From Pristiophorus japonicus (taxonomy: Eukaryota), in NCBI RefSeq assembly GCF_044704955.1, contig NC_091984.1, positions 206,460,001 through 206,524,000 on the forward strand: DNA of 64,000 bases. The letters are read 5' to 3'. This document shows, piece after piece, positions 1-11,890 of this stretch. The position numbers and the translations under genes were made by a program. The first letter of the stretch is position 1, and each line of letters opens with the position of its first letter. The notes under the pieces are model-generated. The model was not told the DNA's origin, did no database searches, and saw only the letters and a list, made by a program, of their open reading frames with translations.

Positions 1-195
1 TATGAATATTTACCCATCAAAGTACTTGTCCTTTGGATGAGCTTTATTTATATACAAAATCATGCTGTTAGGAGGGTGGAGTTGGTGAGGGCAGGGGGTG
101 ATAATTCAATAACTTTTGTCAGCAACAAGCTACATGCCATTGAACAGCTTTGAAGGGGTGAGTAAAACACATCTTGTTCTCTACACTACAGGTAC

Positions 196-382
196 CTGTG
201 TTTGTGGGTTTGAGGGAGTGCCCCCACCAGCCGGTCTCACTTTTGTGGTCTTACTCAGGGCCTTCTTCTGCTGTAAAGCGATTTTATATTTAGATTCAGC
301 ATTCCGATATTCTTTATCGTGAAAGAGAGAATCTGCATGGTAGACAAGTAGCTGATACTTCTGCACTGGGGAGAATAATTCT
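196..382 (-). CDS. ANAPC7: Anaphase-promoting complex subunit 7, coding exon 2 (gene continues left of the window)
   Basis: Translates ELFSPVQKYQLLVYHADSLFHDKEYRNAESKYKIALQQKKALSKTTKVRP...PQTQ, matching the vertebrate APC7 N-terminus. Acceptor tcttag, donor CAG/gtacct. 187 nt, phase compatible with exon 1. Confidence 0.96.
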
Positions 383-1089
383 CTAAGAGCAAAGAACAAA
401 CAAAGCAGAATTAGTGCATCTGTGAAACAACTTGCAATCTTTATTTGATTGATATTTTGAGCCTTATTTTTGCATGAAGATCACAACTACTTACATCACA
501 TACATTTTCTAAGATAATCTTATTTTAACCATAAACCTGTTCATTTTCCTTTAGAATTTAACCAAATTTAGAATTGTACACATTCCTTCCAAATACTTCC
601 CCACTTTCCATCTAATCTCCACTAATGCACACAGTTGGAGGAAGTCCAAGGAGCAGGTTCCCCAGAAAATGTAGAATTTTGACGAAATACCTGTAGTGCA
701 TTCTGACTTGTTTCCCCAATCAATAGATTTGATAGGTTTCTATGGCAACAAGGTAGAGCAAGGCAGTGAATGCCAATCAAGTTACAAAAGTAGAACAGTG
801 TAGTGCTGTTTTAATGGGGGTTTTAACTATCTGTTTATTAACTGGTCCGATAATGGGCAGGCAAGTTCAGAGGGAGACAAGACTGAATTATTTGTTGATT
901 GTCAATTATTGCTTCCCTATTCAATATATTTGGGAGAGTACTAGAGAACATTTATTAGAGTATTAGATTTAGTACTTAACAGTAATCCTGAGACGATATC
1001 CATCTGGGCAACAGTGCGTATTGTATTGATAGATTTCAGTTAAATTAATGCTGCTGATAACTTAGTGCTGTATCCAAGTGCTAAATTTT

Positions 1090-1500
1090 CACTTATGAAG
1101 TTGCATTTTATAGTGCCTTTCATATCCATGTGTTCCAACGCACTTCACAGTCAATTAATGACTTTTGACATGTAGTCACTGCAGTTATGTAGGCAAATGG
1201 AGCAGCCAATTTGTATACAGTGCAAAGACCCACAAACAACAAAGAGAGAATGATCAGAATTTCTGCTTTAGTGATGTTGATTGGGAGATAAATATTGGTA
1301 AGGACACCAAGATATCCCCTTGCTGTTTCTTCAAAAAAGTGTTACGGGGTCTTATGCCCACCCGAATAGGCAGCCTTGATTTAACATCTCATCTAATAGA
1401 TACACTTCTGATAATGTTACACTCCCTCAGTACTTCATGAAATTTCAGCATAAATTGATGTGCTCAAGTCCTAGAGTGGGGTTTGAACCCAAAATCTTCA
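1090..1500 (-). mobile_element. DeuSINE (SacSINE1-like tRNA-headed SINE with L2-type tail), decayed
   Basis: Reverse complement resembles the better-preserved copies at 21688 and 17913 (gggtttgaaccc B-box region, cacaaacaac body, tail). Boundaries approximate. Confidence 0.7.
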
Positions 1501-2744
1501 GATTCATTGAAGTTACATTGGAGTATGGTGTTAATGCGAAAATTACTACCCTATAGAAGACAAATTTAATTTATTTTATATATACTGTTAGACAAGCAGG
1601 TTTCATAGTATAGTGAAGTCTAAATGGCTAAATAGAGAGGTTGGTAGGGAAAGTAATCTAAAAATTTATTTCAAATCTTAATAAAAGGTAAAATTGTCTA
1701 GAGAGGAAGGACAGTTATTGAAAAAGGGAGAATAACTGAAGTTGAAGTTGCATTTATTGCTAGTTGTCCCAAGTGTATTTTCAATCATGGAGTGCGGACT
1801 AGAGTCAAGTGTAGGCCAGACTGGGTAGGAGTGGCAGGTTCCTTTCTCTGAAAGACATTTGTGAACCAGCTTTAATGGTAATTTTACTGCCGCTAGCCCA
1901 CAAATGACCAGATTTACTGACTTCAATTTCCCAACTTGCCATGATGAGATTTGAATTCATAACCTCTATATTGTGAATTTAGTATGATACCATCATATTT
2001 ATGTATTAGGAAAGATAAAGGATATTAGAAAAAAAGAGATACTGGACAATTATTTGTGAGGCTTTGCTGTGCACAAATTGCCTGTTGCATTTGCCCATAA
2101 ATAAAACTGAGTGCACTTCAAAAGTAATCCATTGATTGGAAAGCACTTTGAGACATCCTATATAATAAAGTTACATTAAATGCAAGTACCTGCTACATTT
2201 CTGTTAGAAGTCAGAAAACAATTAAAGGCGGCATTGGTGCTTTGAGGGATTTATCAGGATGGGTTAAATATGAAGATTAAAAATATGCCGAGAGTTAAAT
2301 AAATTAGAGAGCTTGTATCAGTTTTCACTTCTCAATAAATGCCACAATGCCAGTAGGATGGGTGTGCAGCTAAAAACTGCTTCAATAAAAAGTGCAGAAA
2401 TGGTCTCAGCTCAGATTAATGAACTTAAAGCAGTTACTGCTGCTAGACCCCCAAAATGCTTACAGCAAGCAAAGGATTGTGCATTTTAGCCACTGGCTTA
2501 TGCATTCAATTGGTCATTGCGGTTCAGGCTGGTTCAATGGATTGGAGGGAGGCTCAGGTGATCCCATTACTTATGGGGATGAAATCTGACCTTGGAAACT
2601 ATAAGTTTGTGATTGTGGTGTTAATTGCAGGGAAGCTGTTGTAAAACATGATATGGAATTTTATTTATGGGAAGTTTGGCCATTATTAGGGATTTCTCAC
2701 CATGGCATCAGAACACATAGGTCCTACTTCACTAACCTGATTGT

Positions 2745-4195
2745 GTTCTTTCAGGTGGTGACCAGAATGGTGGATGATGGCAGTCCTGTGGATAATGTAT
2801 ATCTTGATTTCCAAAAAGTGCTCCGATAAAGTACCACATAGACAGCTATTGGAAAGAATTAGATCATATGGGATGATAGGACATATGCTATGCTAGGACA
2901 TATACTATGCTAGATAGGTAACTAATTGAAATTTTGTAAGCAGAGGGCTATTAAGTAATAGAACCGAATGGCTCGTGATCAAGAGTGGAGTTATACAAAG
3001 CACTGTGCTGGGACCATTGCGATTTAGATGAGGTCATTAATGGAACTAATCCTAAATTTGCTGATATGATGTTAGTAATTTAGACCAAATCAAAAGGTTG
3101 CAGTCTGATTTGGACTAGCTCCAGTGTTGGACCCATGTGTAGCAAATGTCCTTTAATATGGACAAATGCAGGGTCATGCATTTGGGGTTGGGAAACTAAA
3201 GGCATGTTTAAACCATGCAAGTGTATCTGCTAAAGGTAACAGATCAAGAAAGGGGCCTGGAGGCAATAGCTGAACACTCATTAAAAGGTTCACAAACAAA
3301 ATATTTGAGGTAGCTATAGGGAAAACAAATAGTATTTTAAGTTGTATTGCTAGAACCATCGAGTATAAATTAAGGAGTACTATATTTAGGGTATAGAAGG
3401 CTTTGGTAAATCCATTCTCGGCATAGAATCCAGTTTTGATTCCCGCATGTGGTGAAAGTTAGAGGATCTGTAGGGGAGTGCAACCAAAATGATATTTTTC
3501 TCTAGTTTCCTACATTACAAAAGTGACTACATTTCAAAAGTACTTCATTGGCTGTAAAGCGCTTTGAGACGTTCAGTGGTCGTGAAAGGCGCTATATAAA
3601 GCAAGTCTTTCTTTAGAGTTCTTAGGTTATGAGGACAGGTTCCAAGAGATAGAGCTGTTTGCTTTGGGGAACACAGACTTAGAGCAGTTTATGATTGAGG
3701 TTTGAAAAAATGAAAGGAATGGACTCAGTCATGATGAATGAGTTATTTGAGATTGATAAGCATAGGAGCAATAGAGGCGTGCATATAAAATCCACAGGCA
3801 GAGAGTAGGTTAAAGTGCCAGGAAAAACTTTTTTCCCCCCCGCAATCATCGCCTTCTGGAACAGATTACTGAAACATGTGAGGGGTATAGATTCACTCGA
3901 ATGCTTTAAAAAGAAACTTGACAACTTCTCAGGAGAAAAGGACATGTATAGTTTTGGCCTTAAGTTGTTATTTGCAATTATGGGTTACCACGGTCTCCTG
4001 GACCTTTATTTGATTACCTTAGAATCAGAGAGGAATTTCCCTGACTTCTTCCTGAATTTTCTGCAGGATTTTTGCAACTCTTAGCGGATTGCATGATTAG
4101 GGGATGAGCCAATGATGTATGTGGTTGCATCTTTGGATGACATAGGCTTGATGGACCTGATGGTCTTTTCTCACTCCTCTTTTTATATGTATGAA
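2745..4195 (+). mobile_element. Decayed CR1-type LINE 3' part (RT to tail), interrupted by a SINE tail at about 3505-3612
   Basis: Degenerate VD.VYLDFQK, GVIQSTVLGP and KFAD motifs. CR1-like end gatggacctgatggtcttttc...tatgtatg. Confidence 0.7.
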
Positions 4196-5082
4196 AAATA
4201 AGTGACATTTAAGTTCATCCATATTGAGCATACCAGCCTGACCATCACTTCTCTACCTGAACAATTACTTTCTTCCCTTTCACAATGGTACCCCATTTCC
4301 TCTAATCCTCCACCTCCCAAGTTCACAAAGGTATGCTCGCTCCCTGATCTCACTGCCGGTCCCAACTGCAGCTCCCACCTGACGCTGCTGCTTCATTGCA
4401 GGAGCTGATTCTGCTGTGGACAGGAATTTCTGATCTATTGCAAAACCAGGAATTCCCATTTAGTCCCCACAAGACAGAATACACTGATAAAGAAAACCAG
4501 CATCAGGTAAAAGCTGCAGGAAGCAGCAAAAACAGCATCAGAAATAAAGCAACAATGATCCATTCCCATCCACATCCCTTGGGGCACCAAATCAACTGTG
4601 GCAGCACAAATTGTGCCACAATAGCCGATTTCCCATCTCAGCATGTGTCAAGTAGGATGATTTTCAGAACTTAATGAATAAATCTGGAGAAAAAAATTGA
4701 CAATAGCGATCAATGTGAATTTTTCAGGTAAAACTTACACTTTGTATAACACCATATCACATCTCTCAGAACTTCTTAAAAAGTGCTTTGTATACAATGA
4801 CAAAGAGTTGCACTGGTCTCTTCTCTTTACAGATGAGTATTGATCAATCTGTTTGTTTCAGAATTCTAATATTTGCAGTTTTTTTTCCCCACATACAATG
4901 AAATACATTGAAGTGCAGTAACTATCATGCAAATGCAGTAGCCAGTTTGCAGAAATCAAGACCCCACAAACAGCAATGAGATAAATGTTTAGTTTTTGGG
5001 TGCTGCTGGTTGAGGAAGGCATGTTGGCCAGGACACCAGAACTTCTTGTGTTCTTTGAACAAAATCACAGGATTTTTAACAT

Positions 5083-5923
5083 CTCCATGACTTGATGTCT
5101 TTATTTTATTTTCCTCTCCCTGCCCCACATAAAGCACCTTGGAATGTTTTCCATGTTAAAAAGGTACTTTCTTAATGCAGGTGGGACCCTAGGTTTAACA
5201 CTTTATCTGAAGGATAATCCCTCCAATAATGTACCCCTCCATCAGGCGGCCTGGGAGCAGCGTGGCAGCATACCACTACAGGGTACAGCGCGAGCAGGAG
5301 GGCAACGGCTATGAAGAGGGTGACTGGATTGGACATCACCATAACCCAGGTTGGTGATTGGAGCGTGGGCAGGTACAGCAGGAGCGGCGAGGTCAAGGCG
5401 AAGGAGCGGTGAGAGATTGCAGAGCGATGTGATCAGGGCCCAGGAGAGGCATGAGTTCAGGGCTCTTAAGAGGTGAGGGCGCAGGGGCAGCACGGGTCAG
5501 CCCACACTGCGATATGTGTGCGCACTAGGTCCGTGCAACAGAGCTGGTCTCCAGTCGTCTTGGTTAATCCTTGCCACTGGACCAAGACCTAGCTCTGTCA
5601 AGCCTGTGTGGTGACTGGTGTGCAACGGCCACCACACGTCAAAAAAATCCACGCACAGGCATCTTCCACCCTTCAATATGCAGTTCGGGACCTGGAATAT
5701 TAGGTCCTTCATTGAAACACCTGTGAACTCATTGAACTCATCCCCTTTTGGCGTGGAAGCAAGTCATCCTCGATGTGAGGGACTGCCCAAGAAGAACGCC
5801 ATCAGTGTTAAAGTGTCAACAAACTTGCATTAAGAAAGTACCTTTAACATAGAAAACATTCCAAGGTGCTTTACATGGGGCAGGGAGAGGCAAATCAAAT
5901 AAAGAGAGATCAAGTTATGGAGA
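5083..5923. repeat. Local inverted duplication, about 100-bp arms (5083-5180 and 5825-5923) of an L2/SINE-tail-like sequence
   Basis: The reverse complement of 5083-5180 aligns to 5825-5923 (gcattaagaaagtacc...aaaacattccaaggtgcttta...ggggcagggagagg...catggaga). Confidence 0.85.
5246..5798 (+). mobile_element. Non-autonomous bipartite RTE derivative (RTE 5' region joined to RTE 3' tail)
   Basis: Contains the RTE ORF-start-like MQFGTWNIRS followed shortly by the RTE tail gtggaagcaagtcatcctcga..gagggactgcc. 7-bp TSD CCATCAG at 5239-5245 and 5799-5805. Confidence 0.75.
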
Positions 5924-6704
5924 GAGTTAAAAAAAGGTGACTTAAAGGTTGGCCAAAAAAAGTGAACAGGCACACATGTCTAGAGAGGGAATTCTAGAGA
6001 GGGAATGCCAGAGTGAGGCCAAGGCAGCTGAAAGCTCTGCCACCAATGGTGAAGCAAAGCAAGGGTAGGCTGCAGAAAAGGGCAGAATCAGAGGCAGTTG
6101 TAGAGATAGGCAGGCAAAGCCAGGGAGAGATTTGAAGACAGCAAGTTTAAATTCAAGCAGCAAGTTTAAATTCATTGTGCTGGGGACAAGGAGCCAATCG
6201 ATACAGCCTAGATTACATGTTCAAGTCTTGGAGGCCATTTCAGCCATTGCGAGCTTCACATCAAAGCTATCTAGTTCAATTTTCTGGTCTTTCCTCAAAC
6301 TTTCAATATTTATAGCATCACAGAAACATGAACCCATTCTAATTCAGAGGTGACAATAGTATATCCATAGTCCTGAACACTTAAATACAATCAAAGAATT
6401 GTATTGTGACATCCCCAATTCACAGCTCAGGCAGTGATACTGGCAATTCTTGTAAACCTGAACCGCGTTCATCTTCCCAAGAGGGAACTAGTTAAACAAT
6501 AACTATAACACACTTATATTTAACCCGAATACCCGAATAGTGTTAGTGTGGGAGCAAAGTGGGGGGGGTCACATTTTTTAAAAAAACAGGTTGCACTTTA
6601 AAACCAGACCGTCTTAGTACTGATGGGAATCTCGGATACACAGAAGCAATCGGAACCCAAACATGTCATTCACGAGGCAAGAAACCTCGCCAGCAGCCAC
6701 TTAC

Positions 6705-6805
6705 GGGTTGTTGTCGCTCATGGTCAGTAACAAGCTGCTGAGTAGCCTCACGTTGGAGTACAGGCCAGCGGCCACCATATCCCGGACGTGATCGATAACG
6801 TTCAT
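6705..6805 (-). CDS. ANAPC7: Anaphase-promoting complex subunit 7, coding exon 1
   Basis: ATG at 6805: MNVIDHVRDMVAAGLYSNVRLLSSLLLTMSDNNP, then donor CC/gtaagt. 101 nt. Confidence 0.96.
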
Positions 6806-6935
6806 CTTCTGCTGCCAGCGAAGTTCTCGGTGTGAACCCGACACCAAACTAGCACATCAAAAATGGCGCTGCGGGCCTCCGCATCCGGAGCTGCCCGATT
6901 ACTGCCTGAAGAATAATAATAACCGCCCGTCCTGG
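6806..6935 (-). promoter_or_regulatory. ANAPC7 5'UTR / CpG-rich promoter region
   Basis: Local CpG enrichment directly upstream of the start codon, with a YY1-like aaaatggcg near 6861. Confidence 0.55.
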
Positions 6936-6999
6936 TTTATGTACTGTAAATATATAATTTAACTCAGATTGCTTGTAACTTCGTTGAAAGGGAAAATAA

Positions 7000-7385
7000 A
7001 TCATAATGTACAAAGTTTTTAGTAATATATAATTAATATAATTAACTATATAATGTATTAAATTTTAGTAATATATAATTAACTATATAATGTACTAAAT
7101 TGTAGTAATATAATTAATGATCATTTACTACATTTTAATAATATAATTAATAATTAACTATATAATGTACAAAATTTTAGTAAAATATAATTAATCATTC
7201 ATGATATAATGTACTAACTTTTAGTAATATAATTAAAATATTAACTATATAATGTATTAAATTGAGTAAAATGTAATTAATGTAATGAACCATATAATGT
7301 ACTATATTTTAGTAATATATAAAGTTAACATAATGAACTATATAATGTACTAAATTTTAGTAAAATATAATATAACGAACTATAG
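7000..7385. repeat. AT-rich degenerate minisatellite (about 35-40 bp unit aactatataatgtactaaattttagtaatatataatt)
   Basis: The unit repeats visibly and contains the palindrome TACTAAA-T-TTTAGTA. The same array continues at 12825-13265, 17763-17910 and 18279-18640. Confidence 0.9.
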
Positions 7386-8768
7386 GAGGGGCAGTACTGA
7401 AGACACTGCACTGTCCATCTTTCGGATGAGACGTTAAAACGAGGCCCCGTTTGCCCTCTCAGGTGGACGTAAAAGATCCCATTGTCATGTATTCTGCAAT
7501 CATTGTGACCCATGTATAAGCTGACCTAAGTTGGACACCTTGAGAACATTGACCACAAGGGGGTGAACTTGTGGGAGACACTCCTAACCTGGACCTTCAG
7601 GTATAAAAGGAGAAACTCCACCCACCTTCATCACTTGAGGTCCACTTGAGGACCAATAAAGGTAACTGGTCACAGAGTGACCTTCTATCAAGTATGGGCC
7701 TCGTGTGCATTTATACTGTATAGTAAAGACATATCATTGGCGACGAGAAACTGGGATTTAAACCACGCGAACATAGCCGCTAGCAGCACAGAAGAGAGGT
7801 ACTGTGTTGGTGATGATTGGGACGACTTTATTGAGAGACTACAGCAAAGTTTTGTCACTAAGGAATGGTAGGGACAGGATTCGGCAGACAAACGCAGGGC
7901 TCATCTCCTGACAGTTTGTGGATCCAGAACGTACTCACTGATGAAGGACCTTCTAGTGCAAGAGAAGCCAGCGGACAAGACGTTCGAAGAGCTCCGTAAG
8001 TTGATCGGGGAACACCTTAAACCAGCGAGCAGCATGCACATGGCGAGAAACCGGTTTTACACGCACCGGCGGAGAGAAGGGCAAAGTGTTCCTGACTTCG
8101 TGGCAGATCTCCTGTGACTGGCAAGCCTATGTAAGTTCACAGATGCATGCAGAATGGAGATGCTGCGAGACTTTTTTATTGAGGGCATCGGGCACGCTGG
8201 GGTTTTCAGGAAACTGATTGAGACCAAAGACTTGACCTTGGAAGCGCCGGCTCTGATAGCCCAGTCATTTATCTCAGGGGAGGAAGAGACCAGAATGATG
8301 TATGACAAAAATCTTGACTCAAATGCGGCAAACGACCAGGGAGTCAACATTGTTAATGCGGCACACAGTTCTCTAGGCAGACAAGGGCAATCTGACATGC
8401 CCCAGCATGTAGTTGAACCCAAAGAGGGAATTCAACAGAGACAATGGCTAGCTGAACGGCGATTCATGCCATCGCAATGGACAATGCGGCCAGTAATGGG
8501 GCCATCAACACCTGTTAATGGTGCACTTAAGGACAGTTACAGAGATAGTCAGAGATAATCGACTGGTAATGGACCTTTTGTTTCCAACAACGTGGCCTCC
8601 AGCTCATGCTGGAGGTGTGGAGACAAACACCCAACCAGAGCTTGCAGGTATCGCAATATACCTGCAGAAACTGTAACGTCAGCGGTCACTTGGTGCGTAT
8701 GTGCAGGAAACCTGCAGCCAGGTTAATGTACGAGGAGGACGGGTCCGATGTAAGCCCTACGAGGCCAA

Positions 8769-11700
8769 ATGAATACTGGGGGAAATTGCTGGAAGCTGAA
8801 GTTCAGCGAGTTCATGTGGAGTACATATACAGTACCACCGATAATGATGAAAGTGCTCCTCAATCGCATCCCAGTATTAATGGAGCTAGACATCGGGGCC
8901 AGCCAGTCCCTGATGGGTATCAAACAGTTTGAAAGGTTGTGGGTGTCCAAGGCGAGGAGGCCAAAATTATTGCCAATTGACGCACAGCTACGGACATATA
9001 CAAAGGAGATCATTCCAGTGCTAGGCAGCGCCACGGTAGTCGTGACCCACAAAGATTTGGAGAACAGATTGCCACTCTGGATTGTCCCGGGGGACGGTCC
9101 CGCACTACTGCGGAGGAGTTGGCTTGCTGTCATGAACTGGAAATGGGGCGATGTCAATGCAATTTCTTCTGTGAAGCGAGTATCAAGCTCACAGGTCCTG
9201 GACAAATTTGACTCATTATTTCAACCTGGCATCGGCACTTTCATGGGGGCCAAGGTAGTGATTCACATAAACCCGGACGCCAGGCCAGTACACCACAAGG
9301 CCAGAGCGGTGCCGTACGTGATGCGGGAAAAGATAGAATGCAAATTGGACCGCCTGCTGAGGGAAGGTATCATCTCGCCAGTTGAATTCAGTGACTGGGC
9401 GAGCCCGATCGTGCGCTCGCGGCGGATGGGTCGGTCAGGATATGTGGGGATTACAAGGCTACCATCAATCGGGTGTCACTCCAAGACCAGTACCCGCTAC
9501 CGAAAGCGGAAGATCTCTTTGCAACGCTATCCAGTGGCAAACTTTTTTTCAAAATTGGACCTGACCTCAGCTTTCATGACCCAGGAACAGGCGAGTGAGT
9601 CGAAGAAGCTGACCACCATCACGACACACAAGGGGTTGTTTGAGTATAACAGATGTCCGTTCGGGATTCGTTCGGCCACCGCGATCTTTCAGCGAAATAT
9701 GGAAAGCCTCCTCAAGTCGATTCCAAGGACGGTGGTTTTTCAAGACGACATCCTCATCACGGGTCGCGATACTGAAGAACACCTCCACAACCTGGAGGAG
9801 GTGCTAAGCAGACTGGACCGGGTAGGGCTGCGACTGAAAAAGGCGAAGTGCGTCTTCTTAGCTCCAGAGGTAGAATTCATGGGGAGGAGGGTAGCAGCAG
9901 ACGGGATCAGACCCACTGCGTCCAAAATGGAAGCGATCCAGAGAGCACCCAGACCCCGTAACACGACGGAGCTGCGTTCGTTCCTGGGGCTCCTGAACTA
10001 TTTTGGTAACTTTCTTCCCAAATTGAGAATGCTGTTAGAGCCGCTACACGTGCTCCTACGAAAAGGTCGCGATTGGGTCTGGTGGGACAGCCAGGAAAGG
10101 GTTTTTGATGGAGCATAATAAGTTGCGTGCTCTAACAAACTGTTAACGTTATACGACCCATGTAAGAAATTTGTTCTAACGTGCGATGCGTCGTCCTATG
10201 GGGTCGGGTGTGTGTTGCAGCATGTGAATGCCAATGGTCAGTTACAGTCGGTAGCTTATGTTAGATCTCTTAATTTCCAATGAAATACGGACTCTGATGG
10301 TAGTTTTAACTTTTTAATCTTGGCAGAGAGCAACAAACTGCTGGCTGATTGCCAGTTTCTTTGTCTTACTGAGACACATGGTCAAAATGGCTGTATTTTA
10401 TACCTGGATCAATTTACAGAAAAGAACTCGCCTTTTTTGACCTTATTGGCTCAATTGAAAGTCTTTTAACGTTTTATTGGCTCGCTACCCAAGGTCCGAA
10501 AATGTCAAGTTGATTGATGAGTTAATGCAACATGCCGAACTCCATGTAGCAGCCTTGACTTGGGGGTCTGTGAATTTTCACAGTCTGTCTAAATGAGCCT
10601 GTTTGAATACTCTATCACTTATGCCGCCAGAAGTCTGTCCCAGGCAGAAAGGGGCTACGAGATGATAGAAAAGGAAGCGCTAGCATGTGTATATGCAGTA
10701 AAAAAAATGCACCAGTACCTGTTTGGCAGGAAATTTGAGCTGGAGACAGATCACAAACCCCTATCGTCCCTTTTGGCCGACATAAATGCGAATGCATCGG
10801 CCCGCATACAGAGGTGGGCACTTACGTTAGCCGCCTATGACTACACAATTCGGCACAGACCGGGCACTGAAAACTGCGCCGATGCTCTCAGCAAGCTCCC
10901 AATAGCCAGCACTGAGGGGGCAACTGAGCATGACGATGAGATGGTCATGGCTGTTGAAGCTTTCGAAAGCGAAGGCTCACCTGTGACAGCCCATCAGATT
11001 AAAGTCTGGACAAATAAAGACCCGTTACTGTCTTTAGTTAAGAAATGTGTCCTGAATGGAATTTAAACCGTTTCATAGGCAACAAGGATGAACTCTAGAT
11101 TCAGGACGATTGGCTACTGTGGGGAAACTGAGTAGTCATGCCCCAGAGGGGCAGAGAAGTATTTATCAGAGAACTTCACAATGAGCACACGGGCATTGTC
11201 ATGATGAAGGCAATTGCCAGGTCACACATTTGGTGGCCAGGGATAGATGCAGACCTGGAACTTTGTGTTCGCAGGTGTAACACGTGTGTTCAGCTGGGCA
11301 ACGCACCCAGGGAAGCCCCCCTTAGCCCCTGGTCCTGGCCCGCCAAGCCATGATCACGCATCCATGTGGAATACGCAGGTCGTTTCATGGGAAAAATGTT
11401 TTTGGTTATAGTAGATGCCTACTCCAAATGGATTGAGTGTGCCATTTTAAATTCAAGCACATCCTCTGCCACGGCAGAAAGTCTACGGGCAATGTTCGCT
11501 GCCCATGGTCTACCAGATGTCTTGGTCAGCGACACTGGCCCGTGCTTCACAAGCACTGAATTCCAGGACTTCATGGCAGGCAATGGAATCAACCATGTCA
11601 GAACGGCACCATTCAAGCCGGCCTCAAACGGCCAGGTGGAACGAGCAGTGCAGATAATCAAACAGGGGATGCTCAGAATCCAAGGGGGTTCCCTAAAAAG

Positions 11701-11890
11701 CCGCTTATCACGCCACCTGTTGGCCAATAAATCCCGACCACGCTCGCTCACAGGGGTTCCACCCGCAGAGCTGCTAATGAAAGGGACGCTCAAAACCAGG
11801 TTATTCCTTATACACCCTACTATGAAAGAAATTGTTGAGAGCAGGTGTCAGTTACAATGTGACTACCATGACAGGAATGTGAGGGCGTGA
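8769..11890 (+). pseudogene. Disrupted pol (PR-RT-RH-IN) of Gypsy element 1
   Basis: ORFs 8769-10118, 10593-11066, 11138-11353 and 11366-11890 give consecutive pol domains. Interrupted by the 10259-10617 insertion. Confidence 0.9.
10259..10617 (-). mobile_element. Solo LTR (ERV-like, 4-bp TSD) inserted antisense into the RNaseH region of element 1
   Basis: TGTTAGA...TCTATCA termini and TSD CTTA (10255-10258 / 10618-10621) splitting the VAYASRSLS codons. The minus strand has two CCAAT boxes (10445, 10476), TATAAAA (10396-10402) and ATTAAA (10313-10318) in LTR order. Confidence 0.85.

Noticed and set aside
7000-7385. Palindromic repeated unit that superficially resembles a CRISPR array
   Set aside because: No unique spacers, the units are degenerate and contiguous, no cas genes, eukaryotic context.
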